From the NCBI GenBank assembly GCA_963842525.1, contig CAWJGT010000001.1:96001-160000 (forward strand): a stretch of 64,000 nucleotides of DNA, read 5' to 3'. This document shows positions 1 through 9,958 of this stretch, piece after piece (within the stretch, counting starts at the first letter, position 1; the number at the start of each line of letters is the position of its first letter). The stretch is from an uncultured Holophagales bacterium (GTDB lineage: Bacteria > Acidobacteriota > Thermoanaerobaculia > Multivoradales > UBA5704). The notes beneath the pieces are model-generated. The model searched no databases and was not told the DNA's origin. It worked only from the letters and a program-made list of their open reading frames with translations. The position numbers and the translations under genes are program-made.

Positions 1-197
1 TCCACGACCGCAGCCGCGAGCAGGCCATCGCCCGCATGCGCCGGGCGCTCGACTTCTTCGTGGTCGAGGGGATCCAGACGTCGATCCCCCTGCACAAGCG
101 CATCCTGCGCGATCCGGACTTCGTCGCCGGCCGCTTCTCGACCCGCTTCATGGAACAGTTCCTCCAGCGCAACCGGGAAGCCGGCGGAGGGAAATGA
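1..197 (+). CDS. accC: biotin carboxylase subunit of acetyl-CoA carboxylase, C-terminal fragment (runs off window)
   Basis: Frame from position 3 reads [51 protein letters not shown], the typical biotin carboxylase C-terminus; TGA 195-197 overlaps the next ATG. Confidence 0.85.
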   Translation, partial: HDRSREQAIARMRRALDFFVVEGIQTSIPLHKRILRDPDFVAGRFSTRFMEQFLQRNREAGGGK

Positions 198-856
198 CCG
201 GCGCCGTGCGTTCCAACCGGCAGACGCCGCGGCCGGGGCGGATCTACGCCATCGCGGACGCGGAGGCGCTGGGACCGACCCCGCTGCCGGAAGCCGTGGC
301 CGCGATGGCCGGAGCTGGGGTCCGCTGGATCCAGGTGCGCGGCAAGCGCCTCTCCGGGCGCGACCTGGCCCTTGCCATCGAAGGCTGCTGCCGGGCGGTG
401 GAAGGGACCGGCGCGGCGCTCTGGGTGGACGACCGGGCCGATCTTGCAGCCCTTTTCCCTGTGGCCGGCCTGCACGTCGGCCAGACCGACCTGCCGCCGG
501 CCGCGGCGCGCACCGTCGTCGGCGAGGAGAAATGGATCGGCCTCTCGACGCACAACGAAGAGCAGCTCGCGGCGGCCGACGAGGACCCCGAAGTGGACGT
601 GGTGGCGGTCGGGCCGGTCTTCCCGACCGCGGGCAAGGAGCGGCCGGACCCGGTGGTCGGCCTCGACTTCGTGCGCCGGGCGCGGGCACGGACCGCCAAG
701 CCGCTGGTGGCGATCGGCGGCATCGACGCAGGCAACGTGGCGGACGTTCTGGCCGCGGGCGCGGATGCGGCGGTGGTGCTCGGCGCGGTATGCCGGGGAG
801 AAGACGTGCGGACGGCCTGCCTGCGGCTGCTGGACGCCGCGGGCGGTCCGGGATGA
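194..856 (+). CDS. thiE: thiamine-phosphate synthase
   Basis: [39 protein letters not shown] and LVAIGGI motifs of ThiE. Confidence 0.9.
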   Translation: MTGAVRSNRQTPRPGRIYAIADAEALGPTPLPEAVAAMAGAGVRWIQVRGKRLSGRDLALAIEGCCRAVEGTGAALWVDDRADLAALFPVAGLHVGQTDLPPAAARTVVGEEKWIGLSTHNEEQLAAADEDPEVDVVAVGPVFPTAGKERPDPVVGLDFVRRARARTAKPLVAIGGIDAGNVADVLAAGADAAVVLGAVCRGEDVRTACLRLLDAAGGPG

Positions 857-1359
857 GGGTCTACCTGACCGGCTTCATGGGCTCGGGCAAGACCACGGTC
901 GGCCGTCTTCTGGCCGGGCGGCTGGGAGCACCGTTCGTCGACCTCGACGAGGAGATCGAGCGGCGGGCGGAGATGCGGGTACGGGAGGTCTTCGCGCAGC
1001 ATGGCGAGCCGGTGTTCCGGCAGATGGAGCACGAGGCCCTGCGCGCCACGCTCGAGCTGCCGGACGTCGTGGTGGCGACCGGCGGCGGCACCATGGTGTT
1101 CGAGCAGAACGCCCGGCTGATCCGGGAGAACGGCCTGTCGGTATGGCTCAACCCTCCGTTCGCGGCCATCGTCGGCCGGATCGGAGCGCTGGGCAAGGAG
1201 GACCGGCCGCTCTTCAAGGACGAGACGCAGGCGCTCGCCCTGTTCCGGGAGCGGCTCCCGGCCTACCGGCGGGCGGACATGACCCTGGACGCAGCCCCCG
1301 AGGAGGGGCCGGAAGAGATCGCGGCGCGGATCGCGTTGCGGATGGCAGAACGGCGGTAG
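853..1359 (+). CDS. aroK: shikimate kinase
   Basis: [18 protein letters not shown]-loop, DLD, GEPVFR, VVATGGG, RPL; ATGA overlap with thiE. Confidence 0.92.
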   Translation: MRVYLTGFMGSGKTTVGRLLAGRLGAPFVDLDEEIERRAEMRVREVFAQHGEPVFRQMEHEALRATLELPDVVVATGGGTMVFEQNARLIRENGLSVWLNPPFAAIVGRIGALGKEDRPLFKDETQALALFRERLPAYRRADMTLDAAPEEGPEEIAARIALRMAERR

Positions 1360-1371
1360 GAGAACGGCTGA

Positions 1372-2115
1372 GTGCGCTACCTGATCCTCTCGGACATGCA
1401 CGCCAACTGGGACGCCTTCGAGGTCGTCCTGCGGCGGGCACGCCGCAAGCGCTTCGACGCGGTGCTGGTCCTCGGGGACCTGGTCGGCTACGGCGCCGCC
1501 CCGAACCAGGTGGTGGAAGCGGTGCGCCGTCTGGGGCCGCGGCTCTTCACCGTGCGCGGCAACCACGACAAGGTGGCGGCGGGGATCGACAACGGCTCCA
1601 ACTTCAACCAGACGGCGCTCACCGCGGCGCAGTGGACCATGGGCCGGCTGACCCCGGCGAACCTGCGCTACGTGCGCAACCTGCCGCAGGGGCCGATGCC
1701 GATCGAGGAGGGGCTGGCCATTTGCCACGGCTCGCCGCTCGATGAGGACCAGTACGTCTTCTCGGACGTGGACGCCTACGAGATCTTCTCCCGCTACGCC
1801 ATGCCACTGGTCTTCTTCGGCCACACGCACATCCCCTCGCTCTTCTCGCTGGAGGGACGGCGGCTGGGAGTGACGGCGCTGCGCGGCGAGAGCGGCATGA
1901 TCACCCTTCACCCCGAGGGCCGCTACCTCATCAACCCCGGCTCGATCGGCCAGCCGCGCGACCGCGACCCGCGGGCCGCCTACATGACCTACGACAGCAG
2001 GCGGCGAGTGGTGCACTGGTACCGCATGCCCTACCCCATCGCCGAAGCCCAGCACCGCATCCGCCGCGCCGGCCTCCCCGGCACCCTGGCCGACCGGCTG
2101 GCCCACGGGGCGTGA
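1372..2115 (+). CDS. calcineurin-like metallophosphoesterase
   Basis: SDMHAN, LGDLVGYG, RGNHD, HGSP, GHTH and NPGSIGQPRD motifs. Confidence 0.9.
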   Translation: MRYLILSDMHANWDAFEVVLRRARRKRFDAVLVLGDLVGYGAAPNQVVEAVRRLGPRLFTVRGNHDKVAAGIDNGSNFNQTALTAAQWTMGRLTPANLRYVRNLPQGPMPIEEGLAICHGSPLDEDQYVFSDVDAYEIFSRYAMPLVFFGHTHIPSLFSLEGRRLGVTALRGESGMITLHPEGRYLINPGSIGQPRDRDPRAAYMTYDSRRRVVHWYRMPYPIAEAQHRIRRAGLPGTLADRLAHGA

Positions 2116-2316
2116 CCTCACCCCCTGTCCCCCTCTCCCATCGCCCCCCGCCGACCGGGAGAGGGGGGACGTAGCTGGAGCTTGGAGGCGAGGTCGAGGC
2201 TTTCCTGAGAGAGAGTCTCTGAGGAGAAACTGCCAGCTATCCCCTCAGAGCATCAACCACGTTCCCCCTCTCCCGGGGGCAGGGGGGGCGATGGGAGAGG
2301 GGGCTAGGGGGTGAGG
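2116..2316. repeat. REP/REPIN-like long palindromic element (CCTCACCCCCTGTCCCCCTCTCCC family)
   Basis: cctcaccccctgtccccctctcccatcgcccccc at the left and ggggggcgatgggagagggggctagggggtgagg at the right, with inner inverted arms; lies between convergent genes; related copies at 27897-28062 and 61109-61182. Confidence 0.85.
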
Positions 2317-4559
2317 CGATCCCGCACCCGCACCTCCCGCAGACGCTTGATCGTCGACAGGGCGCCGCCGGCGAGGACGATGTAGAGCCCCCACCAGACC
2401 AGGTTGATCAGCGGCTTGCGGGTGACGTCGATGGACAGGCGCGCGGGGTTGGAGATGCCTACGGCCTCGAGCTGGACGGCGCCGCTCGCGGCATTGATGC
2501 CGGCCACGAAGATGGAGCCGCCGTCGGGGAGCTGCATCGGCGGCGTTTCCACCGAGCCGGTCGCCGGGTTCAGACGGTAGAGCGGCGTGAGGGTGGTCTT
2601 CCGGCCGTCGGCCGTCGTCACCTCGACCATGGCTCCGATCGTCATCGGCTCGCCGCGCTGCATCGCAGCCATCGCGTTGGTGCCTCCGGCCATGAGGTCG
2701 AAGCCCGTGAAGCGGAGGTCCATCTTGCCGAGCTGCCCGGACTCGCCTTTGGCGAGCTGGAGCTGCGGCTGCCCGGGATCGAACTCGATCGGCGAGACGT
2801 AGAGGTCCTGGAGGACCGTCGTCCGGATGTCCGGATTGACCATGAGCTGCCGCGTCCGGTCGTTGACGAACATCTTGGGGTAGACGAAGAAGGGCTTTTC
2901 GCCGGCGCGCTGCACCTGGATCTCCATCCGCTCCTTCTCATGCCCCTGGCGCGGCAGGAACCGGGTGAAGGTCAGCGTCATGTCCTTCACCTGCCGCGGC
3001 ACCCCCTGCTCCAGGGTCACCTTGGCGCTCTCGTCATAGGCCGAGGAGGCCATCACGCCGAGCAGGATCACGCCGACTCCGACGTGCGCCAGGTACCCGC
3101 CCGCGGCGGACAGGCCGCCCGCCCGCATCTTGAGCACCGTCTTGTGCAGGTTGGTGGCCAGGGCCAGCGACGCCAGCAGGACGAAAAGGAGGTGGAACGG
3201 GTCGTGGACCTTCCAGACCGCCGCCGCGACCGTGACCGCCACGGCGAAGATCCCCGGGCCGATCAGCTTGCGGAGGATCTCGCCGCCGACCTCCCCCTTC
3301 CAGGTGAGATAGGGCACCAGAGACAGAAGCAGTGCGATCAGCAGCGCGACCGGCAGGTTCACCTGGTTGTAGAACGACGGGCCGACCTGGCCGGGGTTCT
3401 CCATGAAGCGGGTGAGGAGCGGCGCCGAGGTCCCGGCGGTGATGACGATCGTGGCGACCACCAGGGTGATGGTCGAGAGCACCAGGAAGGTGCCGCGCGA
3501 CAGGAACGACGGGTCCTCGTTGGGAACCGTCGGCACATGGCGCCAACGGGTGACGATCAGCCAGCCCGAGAGGACGATGAAGCCGCCGAGCAGCGCGACG
3601 AGCCAGCCCGAGATCCCGAGGTCCACGAAGCTGTGGACCGAGAAGTCGGCGAGCACGCCCGAGCGGGTGAGGAAGGTGCCGTAGAGGACCGCGATGTAGA
3701 CCAGGGACGCGAGCACGTAGTTGGCCCGGCGGTAGCGCCCCCGGGTGCGCTCCAGATACAGGCCGTGCACCAGCACCGTACCGAACAGCCAGGGGATGAG
3801 CGAGGCGTTCTCGACCGGGTCCCAGCCCCAGTAGCCGCCCCAGCCCAGGGTCTTATAGGCCCAGTAGCCGCCCATCAGGATGGCGCAGCCCAGCACCAGG
3901 AAGCCGGCCAGGGCCCAGGGGAAGGCGCGCACCGCCCAGTTGTCCTCTTCGCGCTCATAACCGCGCCGCCAGAGGGAAGCCATGGCGAAGGCGAAGGGGA
4001 TGGCGCTCGCCGCATAGCCGATGAACATGATCGGCGGATGGATGACCATCCAGTTGTCCTGGAGCAGCGGGTTCAGCCCCTGGCCGTCGACCGGCGTCTC
4101 CTTCAGCATGACGAACGGGTTCTCGCGCACCAGGATGAAGAGGAGGCCCAGCAGGGTGAGGGTATAGACCCCCATCACCGGGGCCTCGTTCCTGGCGTTG
4201 CCGGTCGTCTTCATCACCAGGAGCCCGAGCAGGGCGCCCCAGAGGAGCCAGATCAGGAAGCTTCCCTTCTGGCCGGCCCAGAACGCGGCGATCTGGAAGT
4301 GGCCCGGCAGATCGGACCCGGAGTATTGGAAGACGTACTCGATCCGGTAGTCGCGCAGCGCCAGCAGCAGCATCAGGACGAGCGAGGCCAGGAGGATCGA
4401 CACGGCGAAGAAGCCATACGAGCGGCGGGCGAAGGGGAGCGCGGCGGCGTCGCCGCGCAGCACCAGCGAATAGCCCCAGATGGACGCCAGGGAGAAGATC
4501 ACCGCACACCAGAGCGCGAGGGCTCCGGGCAGGTAGAGCTGGGCGAGATAATTCAACAT
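2304..4559 (-). CDS. ccmF: cytochrome c biogenesis heme lyase CcmF (CcsA/CcmF family)
   Basis: GLNPLLQ, IHPP, WGGYWGWDPVENASL (WWD motif) and SVHSF motifs; many TM helices. Confidence 0.93.
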   Translation of the reverse strand: MLNYLAQLYLPGALALWCAVIFSLASIWGYSLVLRGDAAALPFARRSYGFFAVSILLASLVLMLLLALRDYRIEYVFQYSGSDLPGHFQIAAFWAGQKGSFLIWLLWGALLGLLVMKTTGNARNEAPVMGVYTLTLLGLLFILVRENPFVMLKETPVDGQGLNPLLQDNWMVIHPPIMFIGYAASAIPFAFAMASLWRRGYEREEDNWAVRAFPWALAGFLVLGCAILMGGYWAYKTLGWGGYWGWDPVENASLIPWLFGTVLVHGLYLERTRGRYRRANYVLASLVYIAVLYGTFLTRSGVLADFSVHSFVDLGISGWLVALLGGFIVLSGWLIVTRWRHVPTVPNEDPSFLSRGTFLVLSTITLVVATIVITAGTSAPLLTRFMENPGQVGPSFYNQVNLPVALLIALLLSLVPYLTWKGEVGGEILRKLIGPGIFAVAVTVAAAVWKVHDPFHLLFVLLASLALATNLHKTVLKMRAGGLSAAGGYLAHVGVGVILLGVMASSAYDESAKVTLEQGVPRQVKDMTLTFTRFLPRQGHEKERMEIQVQRAGEKPFFVYPKMFVNDRTRQLMVNPDIRTTVLQDLYVSPIEFDPGQPQLQLAKGESGQLGKMDLRFTGFDLMAGGTNAMAAMQRGEPMTIGAMVEVTTADGRKTTLTPLYRLNPATGSVETPPMQLPDGGSIFVAGINAASGAVQLEAVGISNPARLSIDVTRKPLINLVWWGLYIVLAGGALSTIKRLREVRVRDRLTP

Positions 4560-4583
4560 GATCGCCTCCTGGCGTTTGGGCGC

Positions 4584-4980
4584 TCAGCCGTACTCCTTGA
4601 CCTCGGCGCCCTGGTATTTGCTCGGGCACTTCACGAGCAGCTTGTCCGCCGCGAACTCCTTGCTCCCTTCGTCGTACCGGCCGATGGCCACGATGCTGAT
4701 CGCGTCCTCGAAGTTGCCCGGCTTGACGCCCCGGTAGCGGATCCGCAAGGCCTCATGCGTCTCGGGCTCCTGGAGCGTGAAGTAGAGGGACTCCTCGGCG
4801 GCCACGTACTTCGAGCTTCCCCTTTTCGAGGGCCCCGGCCACCTGGACGATCCGCTCTGCCTCGCGCGCCTGCTTGTACGACACATAGGGCGTCAGGGTC
4901 TCTTTGAACGAAGAGAAAGAGAACCCCGCGAACGCCAGGAGCATCAGTCCTCCGAGCATGTAGAAACGGTTCTTCTTCAT
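4584..4980 (-). CDS. ccmE: heme chaperone CcmE, CxxxY variant (frameshift near 4815-4830)
   Basis: MKKNRFYMLGGLMLLAFAGFSF N-terminal anchor in one frame; RIRYRGVKPGNFE...LLVKCPSKY in another. Confidence 0.85.
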
Positions 4981-5096
4981 TGTTCCTTCTCCATGTCCCG
5001 CAGCCGCCGGTTGAGGCGGAGCAGGTAGAGGAAGATCCCGGTCCAGATGACCAGGTTCACTGCCAGAATCCAGCCGTTGCCACCATTGACATCCAT
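4977..5096 (-). CDS. ccmD: CcmD-like small membrane protein
   Basis: MDVNGGNGWILAVNLVIWTGIFLYLLRLNRRLRDMEKEQ: single TM plus charged tail, between ccmC and ccmE. Confidence 0.75.
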   Translation of the reverse strand: MDVNGGNGWILAVNLVIWTGIFLYLLRLNRRLRDMEKEQ

Positions 5097-5101
5097 AACG
5101 T

Positions 5102-5776
5102 TCACCCCAGGGCTGCCGATTTCCGTTCCGCCAGTGCCTGGAGGCGGCACTGCAGATTGTGGATCCAGAAGAAGAGCGCGGCGAAGCCGAGGCCGCTCGC
5201 ATAGAGCACATGCTGGATGCGCGGGTCCATCGCGACCTTGCCCTCGGCGTTGACCACCGGCTCCGGGTGCAGCGAGAAGGTGACCCGCGGCACGATCCAG
5301 TACAGGAACGGCGTCACCACGAGCCCGAGCAGGGCATAGGCGGCGGCGAGGCGCCCCCGCAGGTCGGGTTCCTCGACCGCACCGCGCAACGCCAGGTAGG
5401 CGCCATAGAAGAGCAGCGAGATGAGGAGCGAGGTCTGGCGCGGGTCCCAGTTCCACCAGGCGCCCCATTCGATGCGCGCCCAGATCGATCCGGTGGTGGT
5501 GGCGAGGACGCCGTAGAGCAGCCCGAGCTCGATGGCCGCGGCGGCGGCCCGGTCGTGCCGCGCCTGCCGGCCCTTCATCAGGTAGAGCAGGCTCCACACC
5601 GCGGCGGCGATGAAGCCGAGGAACGAAGCCCAGGCCATGGGGACGTGGAAGAACAGGATGCGGTACGCCTCGGGGACCCGGAAGCCTTCCGCCGTCCGTG
5701 GGGCGTAGTAGAAGGCCGCGAGGATCACCAGGGAGATCCAGGTCCAGAGCAGCCAGGGAAAGATTTTCCGCATCAT
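5102..5776 (-). CDS. ccmC: heme exporter protein C
   Basis: FFHVP, TGSIWARIEWGAWWNWDPRQT and SLHP motifs. Confidence 0.92.
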   Translation of the reverse strand: MMRKIFPWLLWTWISLVILAAFYYAPRTAEGFRVPEAYRILFFHVPMAWASFLGFIAAAVWSLLYLMKGRQARHDRAAAAAIELGLLYGVLATTTGSIWARIEWGAWWNWDPRQTSLLISLLFYGAYLALRGAVEEPDLRGRLAAAYALLGLVVTPFLYWIVPRVTFSLHPEPVVNAEGKVAMDPRIQHVLYASGLGFAALFFWIHNLQCRLQALAERKSAALG

Positions 5777-5777
5777 C

Positions 5778-6464
5778 TCAAGGATTCCAGACCATGGGGA
5801 AGAGCATGAGCCCCGCGATGGTGACAGATGCATCATACAGAAGGAGCTGAGACAGGGCCACTCCGGCGGCGTCGCCGGTGATCGCGTTGCGCGTCAGGTC
5901 CACCACCAGCAGCAGCAGGGGCAGCAGGACGGGGAACGCGAGCACCGAGAACAGGGTCCCCTTGGTCCGCGCCTGGGCGATGATGGCCGCCACCAGCGTG
6001 CTGCCGGCGGCCAGGCCGAAGCCGCCGCCGGCCAGGACGGCAATCAGCAGGCCCGGCGAGCCGACCGTAAGGTCCATCAGGATCAGGAAGACCGGCGTCA
6101 CCAGCACCTCGAGGGCTGCCATGAGGGTGAGACAGTAGAGGAGCTTGCCGCAGAACAGGGCCGACGGCGTGGCGGTGAGGCGCAGGGCGGTCGCCGTCTG
6201 GCTCTCCTCCTCCTGCACGAAGGCGCGCGGCAGACCGGCCGCTACCGAGAAGAGCAGGATCACCCAGAGGAGGACCGGCAGCACGGCCGAGCCCTGGGCG
6301 CGGGCGAGCCCGATCGGCCCCAGGCTGACGCTCACCACGACCAGGGTGGTGAAGGCGAACAGGGCGAGCGTGTTCAGGGCGTAGCGGGTGCGGAACTCGC
6401 ACCGCCAGTCCTTGGCGAACACTGCCACAGCCTCAGCGGCCCAGGTCGAGGCGTCCTGCCACAC
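5778..6464 (-). CDS. ccmB: heme exporter protein B
   Basis: KDWRCEFR start, six TM segments, LFSVLAFPVLLP; ccm operon position. Confidence 0.88.
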   Translation of the reverse strand: MWQDASTWAAEAVAVFAKDWRCEFRTRYALNTLALFAFTTLVVVSVSLGPIGLARAQGSAVLPVLLWVILLFSVAAGLPRAFVQEEESQTATALRLTATPSALFCGKLLYCLTLMAALEVLVTPVFLILMDLTVGSPGLLIAVLAGGGFGLAAGSTLVAAIIAQARTKGTLFSVLAFPVLLPLLLLVVDLTRNAITGDAAGVALSQLLLYDASVTIAGLMLFPMVWNP

Positions 6465-7074
6465 GGTCGATCTCCACGGCGGAGGGGTTGGCCACCACGG
6501 CCAGCCCGCCGGGGGTCTGGTCGAGGTGCTCGACGAGCAGCTCGCGGGTGGCCCGCTCGCCGGGGGCGTCGAGGTTCTGGAACGGCTCGTCGAGCAGCAG
6601 CAGCCGCGGGCGGTGCGTCAGGGCCCAGGCCCAGCGCAGGCGCTGCCGCATCCCGGACGAGAGGGCGCCGGCCATGCGGCCCCGCGGCAGGCCGAGGCGG
6701 TCGACCACCGCGAGGCCGCGCTCGGGGCTCACCCGCCGCAGGCGGGCGAAGAAGACCAGGTTCTCTTCCACGGTCAGCTCGCTGTAGAAGGCCAAATCGG
6801 GCGCGACATAGCCCACCCGCCGCCGCCGCCGGTCCAGGTCGAGAGGTCCATCGCCTTCCCGGTATTCGATGCTCCCTGCCTCCGGGGCGAGGAGGCCGGC
6901 GAGGCAGCGCAGGAGGGTGCTCTTGCCCGAGCCGTTGGGGCCGGTCACCAGCAGCACCTCGCCCGCCGAGACGGCGCCCGAGACCCCCTCCAGCACCGAG
7001 AGCCGCCCGAAGCGGCGGCGGATGCCCTCGAAGCGGAGGGAGTCTGAGGCGGCGGCATTCACAGTCGGGAGCAT
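6433..7074 (-). CDS. ccmA: heme exporter ATP-binding protein A
   Basis: GPNGSGKST, LSSGMRQR and LLLLDEPF motifs; first gene of the ccm operon. Confidence 0.88.
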   Translation of the reverse strand: MLPTVNAAASDSLRFEGIRRRFGRLSVLEGVSGAVSAGEVLLVTGPNGSGKSTLLRCLAGLLAPEAGSIEYREGDGPLDLDRRRRRVGYVAPDLAFYSELTVEENLVFFARLRRVSPERGLAVVDRLGLPRGRMAGALSSGMRQRLRWAWALTHRPRLLLLDEPFQNLDAPGERATRELLVEHLDQTPGGLAVVANPSAVEIDRVAGRLDLGR

Positions 7075-7125
7075 ATCGGTAGTGGCCCGGTGACGCAGGA
7101 GCGGTGGTATACCATCCTTCCCGCT

Positions 7126-9141
7126 ATGCAACGCGCTCTCACGGTCCTTCTCCTCAATATGACGCTCACCGCCTGCGCGAGCGTGCCTCCTCGGAGCTCC
7201 GATCTGCCGGAGCTATTCCCGGATTTGGCCGTGCCGGAGCTCGGCGAGCGGGCGCTGTTGCTGCTGATCGTCGACCGCCAGGCGTACGAGCCCTTCGCCG
7301 TGCAACGAGCGCTCGCCGGAAGCCCCGAGCTGCGCGAGGAGCTGGCCGTGGCGCTGGGACGGATCCCCGACCGCCAGGGCCGCCAGCCGCTGATCGGCCT
7401 GCTCCTGGACGACGTGCCGGCGGTGCGCCGGGCCGCGGCGTTCGCCCTCGGCGAGCTCGAAGACCCCGGGGCGAAGGAGGCGCTGCTCGCGGCGGTGCGT
7501 GACCCTGACCGCGAGGTGGGCCTGCTGGCGGTCGAGGCCCTCGGCAAGCTGAAGACGCCGGTGGTCGAGGTGGCGGAGCACCTGCTGCCGCTGCCCGAGA
7601 CGGAGCGCACGGCGCGGTTGATCCCGTGGCTTTTCCGCTTCCGGGAGGAGCGCATGATGACGCTCGCCGAGGGAGGGCTGGCGTTGCCGGACCGCGAGCT
7701 GCACGCCCTCGCCGCCTATGCCCTGGCGCGCGAGCCGTTCCCCCAGGCCGTGCCGGCCCTGCGCCGGCTGCTCGCCGATCCCGACCCGCGGGTGCGCGGC
7801 TGGGCCGCCCGCGGCCTCGGGCTGGCCGGCGTCGGCAAGGATCTGGCGGCCCTGCGCCCCCTCCTGGACGACCGCGAGCCGGGTCCCACGATCCAGGCGC
7901 TCCGCGCCGCGCGGGCCCTCCTCACCGGAGGCAAGGGGACGGCGCCGGCCGACTGGGTGCCGAGGCTGCTGGAGCTGTTCGCCGCGCCTCACCCTGGCGT
8001 GCGGGTCAGCGCTCTCGAAGCGGCCGGCGCCTGGCCGCTCGCAACCCCCCAGGCCGCCGCCCTCGGGGAGGCGCTCGTACTGCGCGCCACGGAAGGGCAG
8101 GGGAGGGAGCGCGGGGTGGCATTGGTCGCTTTGGCGACCGGCCGGCATCCGCGGGCCTCGGCGCTCGTGGCGGATGCCGCCGTTGCCTTGGAAGACCCGG
8201 ACGTGCGGGCGCATGCGGCCGAGGCGGCGGGCCTGCTCGGCGCCAGCGGCATCCTGGACCGCCTGGTTGACGATCCAGCGCCCGAGGTACGCACGGTGGC
8301 TGTCGAGACGCGGCTCGCGGCGGCGGAGAAGGATGCGCAGCGGGCGGCACGGTTGGCCCAGCAGGGGCTGAGCGACTCCGATCCGGGGGTGCTCGCCACC
8401 GTGTTCGGCTGGCTCGCCGACCACCCGGTGCTCCCCGTGTCCGCCCTTGCGGAGATCCTCCAGCACGAGCGCCAGAGGAGCGACGACGTCGCCGTGGCCG
8501 GGGTGGAAGCGCTCGCCGCACGCGCCGAGGCCGAGGCCGGAGAGCGCGCCGCCGCGGTAGCTCTCCTGGAGAAGGCTGTGGCGGGGGGTGGCTACGTCCT
8601 GCGGCGCGAAGCGGGGGACGCCCTGGGGAGGCTCGGCCAGCCGGTGCCGGCGCTGCGGCCGGTCGAGACCGGCAAGGACCTCGATGACTACCGGGAGATC
8701 ATCCAGCGCACCCGCCGGCCGCAGGACGTGGAGATCCGCACCGCCAAGGGGACGATCCGGGTCCGGCTGGCCTGTCCCGAGGCGCCGCTCACCTGCCTGA
8801 ATTTCCTCCAGCTCGCCGGCCAAGGCTTTTACAACGGTCTGGGCTTCCACCGGGTAGTGCCCGACTTCGTCGTCCAGGGGGGGGACCCTCGCGGCGACGG
8901 CTCCGGCGGCCTGGGCTACGACATCCGGGACGAGATCAACCGTCAGCGCTACCGCCGGGGAGCCGTCGGCATGGCCCGCTCCGGCCCCGACACCGGCGAC
9001 AGCCAGTTCTTCCTCACCCTCTCCGAGCAACCTCACCTCGACGGCGGCTACACCCTCTTCGGCCAGGTCACCGCCGGCGAAGACGTCCTCGACCGCCTTG
9101 TCGCGGACGATCGCATCGAGACGATCGTGGAGGTGCGGTAG
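7126..9141 (+). CDS. lipoprotein with HEAT repeats and a C-terminal cyclophilin-type peptidyl-prolyl isomerase
   Basis: LTAC lipobox; VRRAAAFALG-type HEAT repeats; FHRVVPDFVVQGGDPRGDGSGG and HLDGGYTLFG. Confidence 0.88.
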   Translation: MQRALTVLLLNMTLTACASVPPRSSDLPELFPDLAVPELGERALLLLIVDRQAYEPFAVQRALAGSPELREELAVALGRIPDRQGRQPLIGLLLDDVPAVRRAAAFALGELEDPGAKEALLAAVRDPDREVGLLAVEALGKLKTPVVEVAEHLLPLPETERTARLIPWLFRFREERMMTLAEGGLALPDRELHALAAYALAREPFPQAVPALRRLLADPDPRVRGWAARGLGLAGVGKDLAALRPLLDDREPGPTIQALRAARALLTGGKGTAPADWVPRLLELFAAPHPGVRVSALEAAGAWPLATPQAAALGEALVLRATEGQGRERGVALVALATGRHPRASALVADAAVALEDPDVRAHAAEAAGLLGASGILDRLVDDPAPEVRTVAVETRLAAAEKDAQRAARLAQQGLSDSDPGVLATVFGWLADHPVLPVSALAEILQHERQRSDDVAVAGVEALAARAEAEAGERAAAVALLEKAVAGGGYVLRREAGDALGRLGQPVPALRPVETGKDLDDYREIIQRTRRPQDVEIRTAKGTIRVRLACPEAPLTCLNFLQLAGQGFYNGLGFHRVVPDFVVQGGDPRGDGSGGLGYDIRDEINRQRYRRGAVGMARSGPDTGDSQFFLTLSEQPHLDGGYTLFGQVTAGEDVLDRLVADDRIETIVEVR

Positions 9142-9150
9142 ACTCCCTCC

Positions 9151-9717
9151 ATGAAAGCCTCCGTCCTGACCGCCGCGATCCTGTCCGTCGTCCTCGCCCT
9201 GCCTGCCTGCTCGGACCAGCCGGAGCCCACCCCGACGGCCGGGGCGCCGGCGGATGACGTGCTCGTGGGGATGGTGAGCCGCGAAACGGTCGAGGAAGCG
9301 CATCCGGACTGGGTGCAGGCCGAGGTGGCCGCGGCGCCGGACGCGGCGGCCTCCAAGGCGCTGGCGGCGGTCGAGCCCGGCGCCGAGGTCACCGTCTTCC
9401 TGGGGACCTGGTGCTCGGACAGCCGGCGCGAGTTGCCACGCCTCTGGCGGGCCCTCGACGAGACCGGCGGCATGGTGCCGTTCCAGATCCGCTATATCGG
9501 CGTCGACCGGGAGAAGAAGGAGCCGGCCGCGCCCATCACCAACTACGACATCCGTTTCGTGCCCACCTTCATCGTCGAGCGCGGCGGGCACGAGGTGGGC
9601 CGCATCGTCGAGGAATCGCCGCACGGCATCGAGCAGGACCTGCTGGCGCTGCTCAGCGGCAAGGCTAACGGCGTGATCTCCGCGAGCCAGGCCGAGGCGG
9701 CCACTCCGCCCCGGTAG
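9151..9717 (+). CDS. thioredoxin-like lipoprotein (WCSDS)
   Basis: LPAC lipobox; FLGTWCSDSRRELP; VPTFI cis-Pro loop. Confidence 0.8.
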   Translation: MKASVLTAAILSVVLALPACSDQPEPTPTAGAPADDVLVGMVSRETVEEAHPDWVQAEVAAAPDAAASKALAAVEPGAEVTVFLGTWCSDSRRELPRLWRALDETGGMVPFQIRYIGVDREKKEPAAPITNYDIRFVPTFIVERGGHEVGRIVEESPHGIEQDLLALLSGKANGVISASQAEAATPPR

Positions 9718-9726
9718 GCCTTCCCC

Positions 9727-9897
9727 ATGCACTCCGGCCTCGGCTGGACTCTCCAGCTCCTCGCCCTCGCCATCGTGGGCAGCTCCCTGCTCGTGGGGCT
9801 GATCTCGGATCAGATCCGTGCCGAGCTGGCCGTTGCCGCGGCGGGCGCGGTCCTCTTCCTCGTCGGGCGATGGCTGCAGAGTCGGGAAGGCCGGTGA
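9727..9897 (+). CDS. small two-TM membrane protein (56 aa; absent from the ORF track)
   Basis: MHSGLGWTLQLLALAIVGSSLLVGLISDQIRAELAVAAAGAVLFLVGRWLQSREGR; GC3-rich codons; 9 nt after the upstream stop. Confidence 0.7.
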   Translation: MHSGLGWTLQLLALAIVGSSLLVGLISDQIRAELAVAAAGAVLFLVGRWLQSREGR

Positions 9898-9925
9898 CCT
9901 TCAAGGGCCACTTCCGCCCTGCGGT

Positions 9926-9951
9926 TGCAACCTTGGCGCCGGGATTGCGTA
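9926..9951 (+). promoter_or_regulatory. ECF-type promoter TGCAAC-N16-CGTA (probable autoregulation, leaderless mRNA)
   Basis: Matches the SigW/SigM-type TG(A/C)AAC-N16-CGT consensus and ends 7 nt before the sigma ATG; no Shine-Dalgarno. Confidence 0.7.
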
Positions 9952-9958
9952 ATCACCC

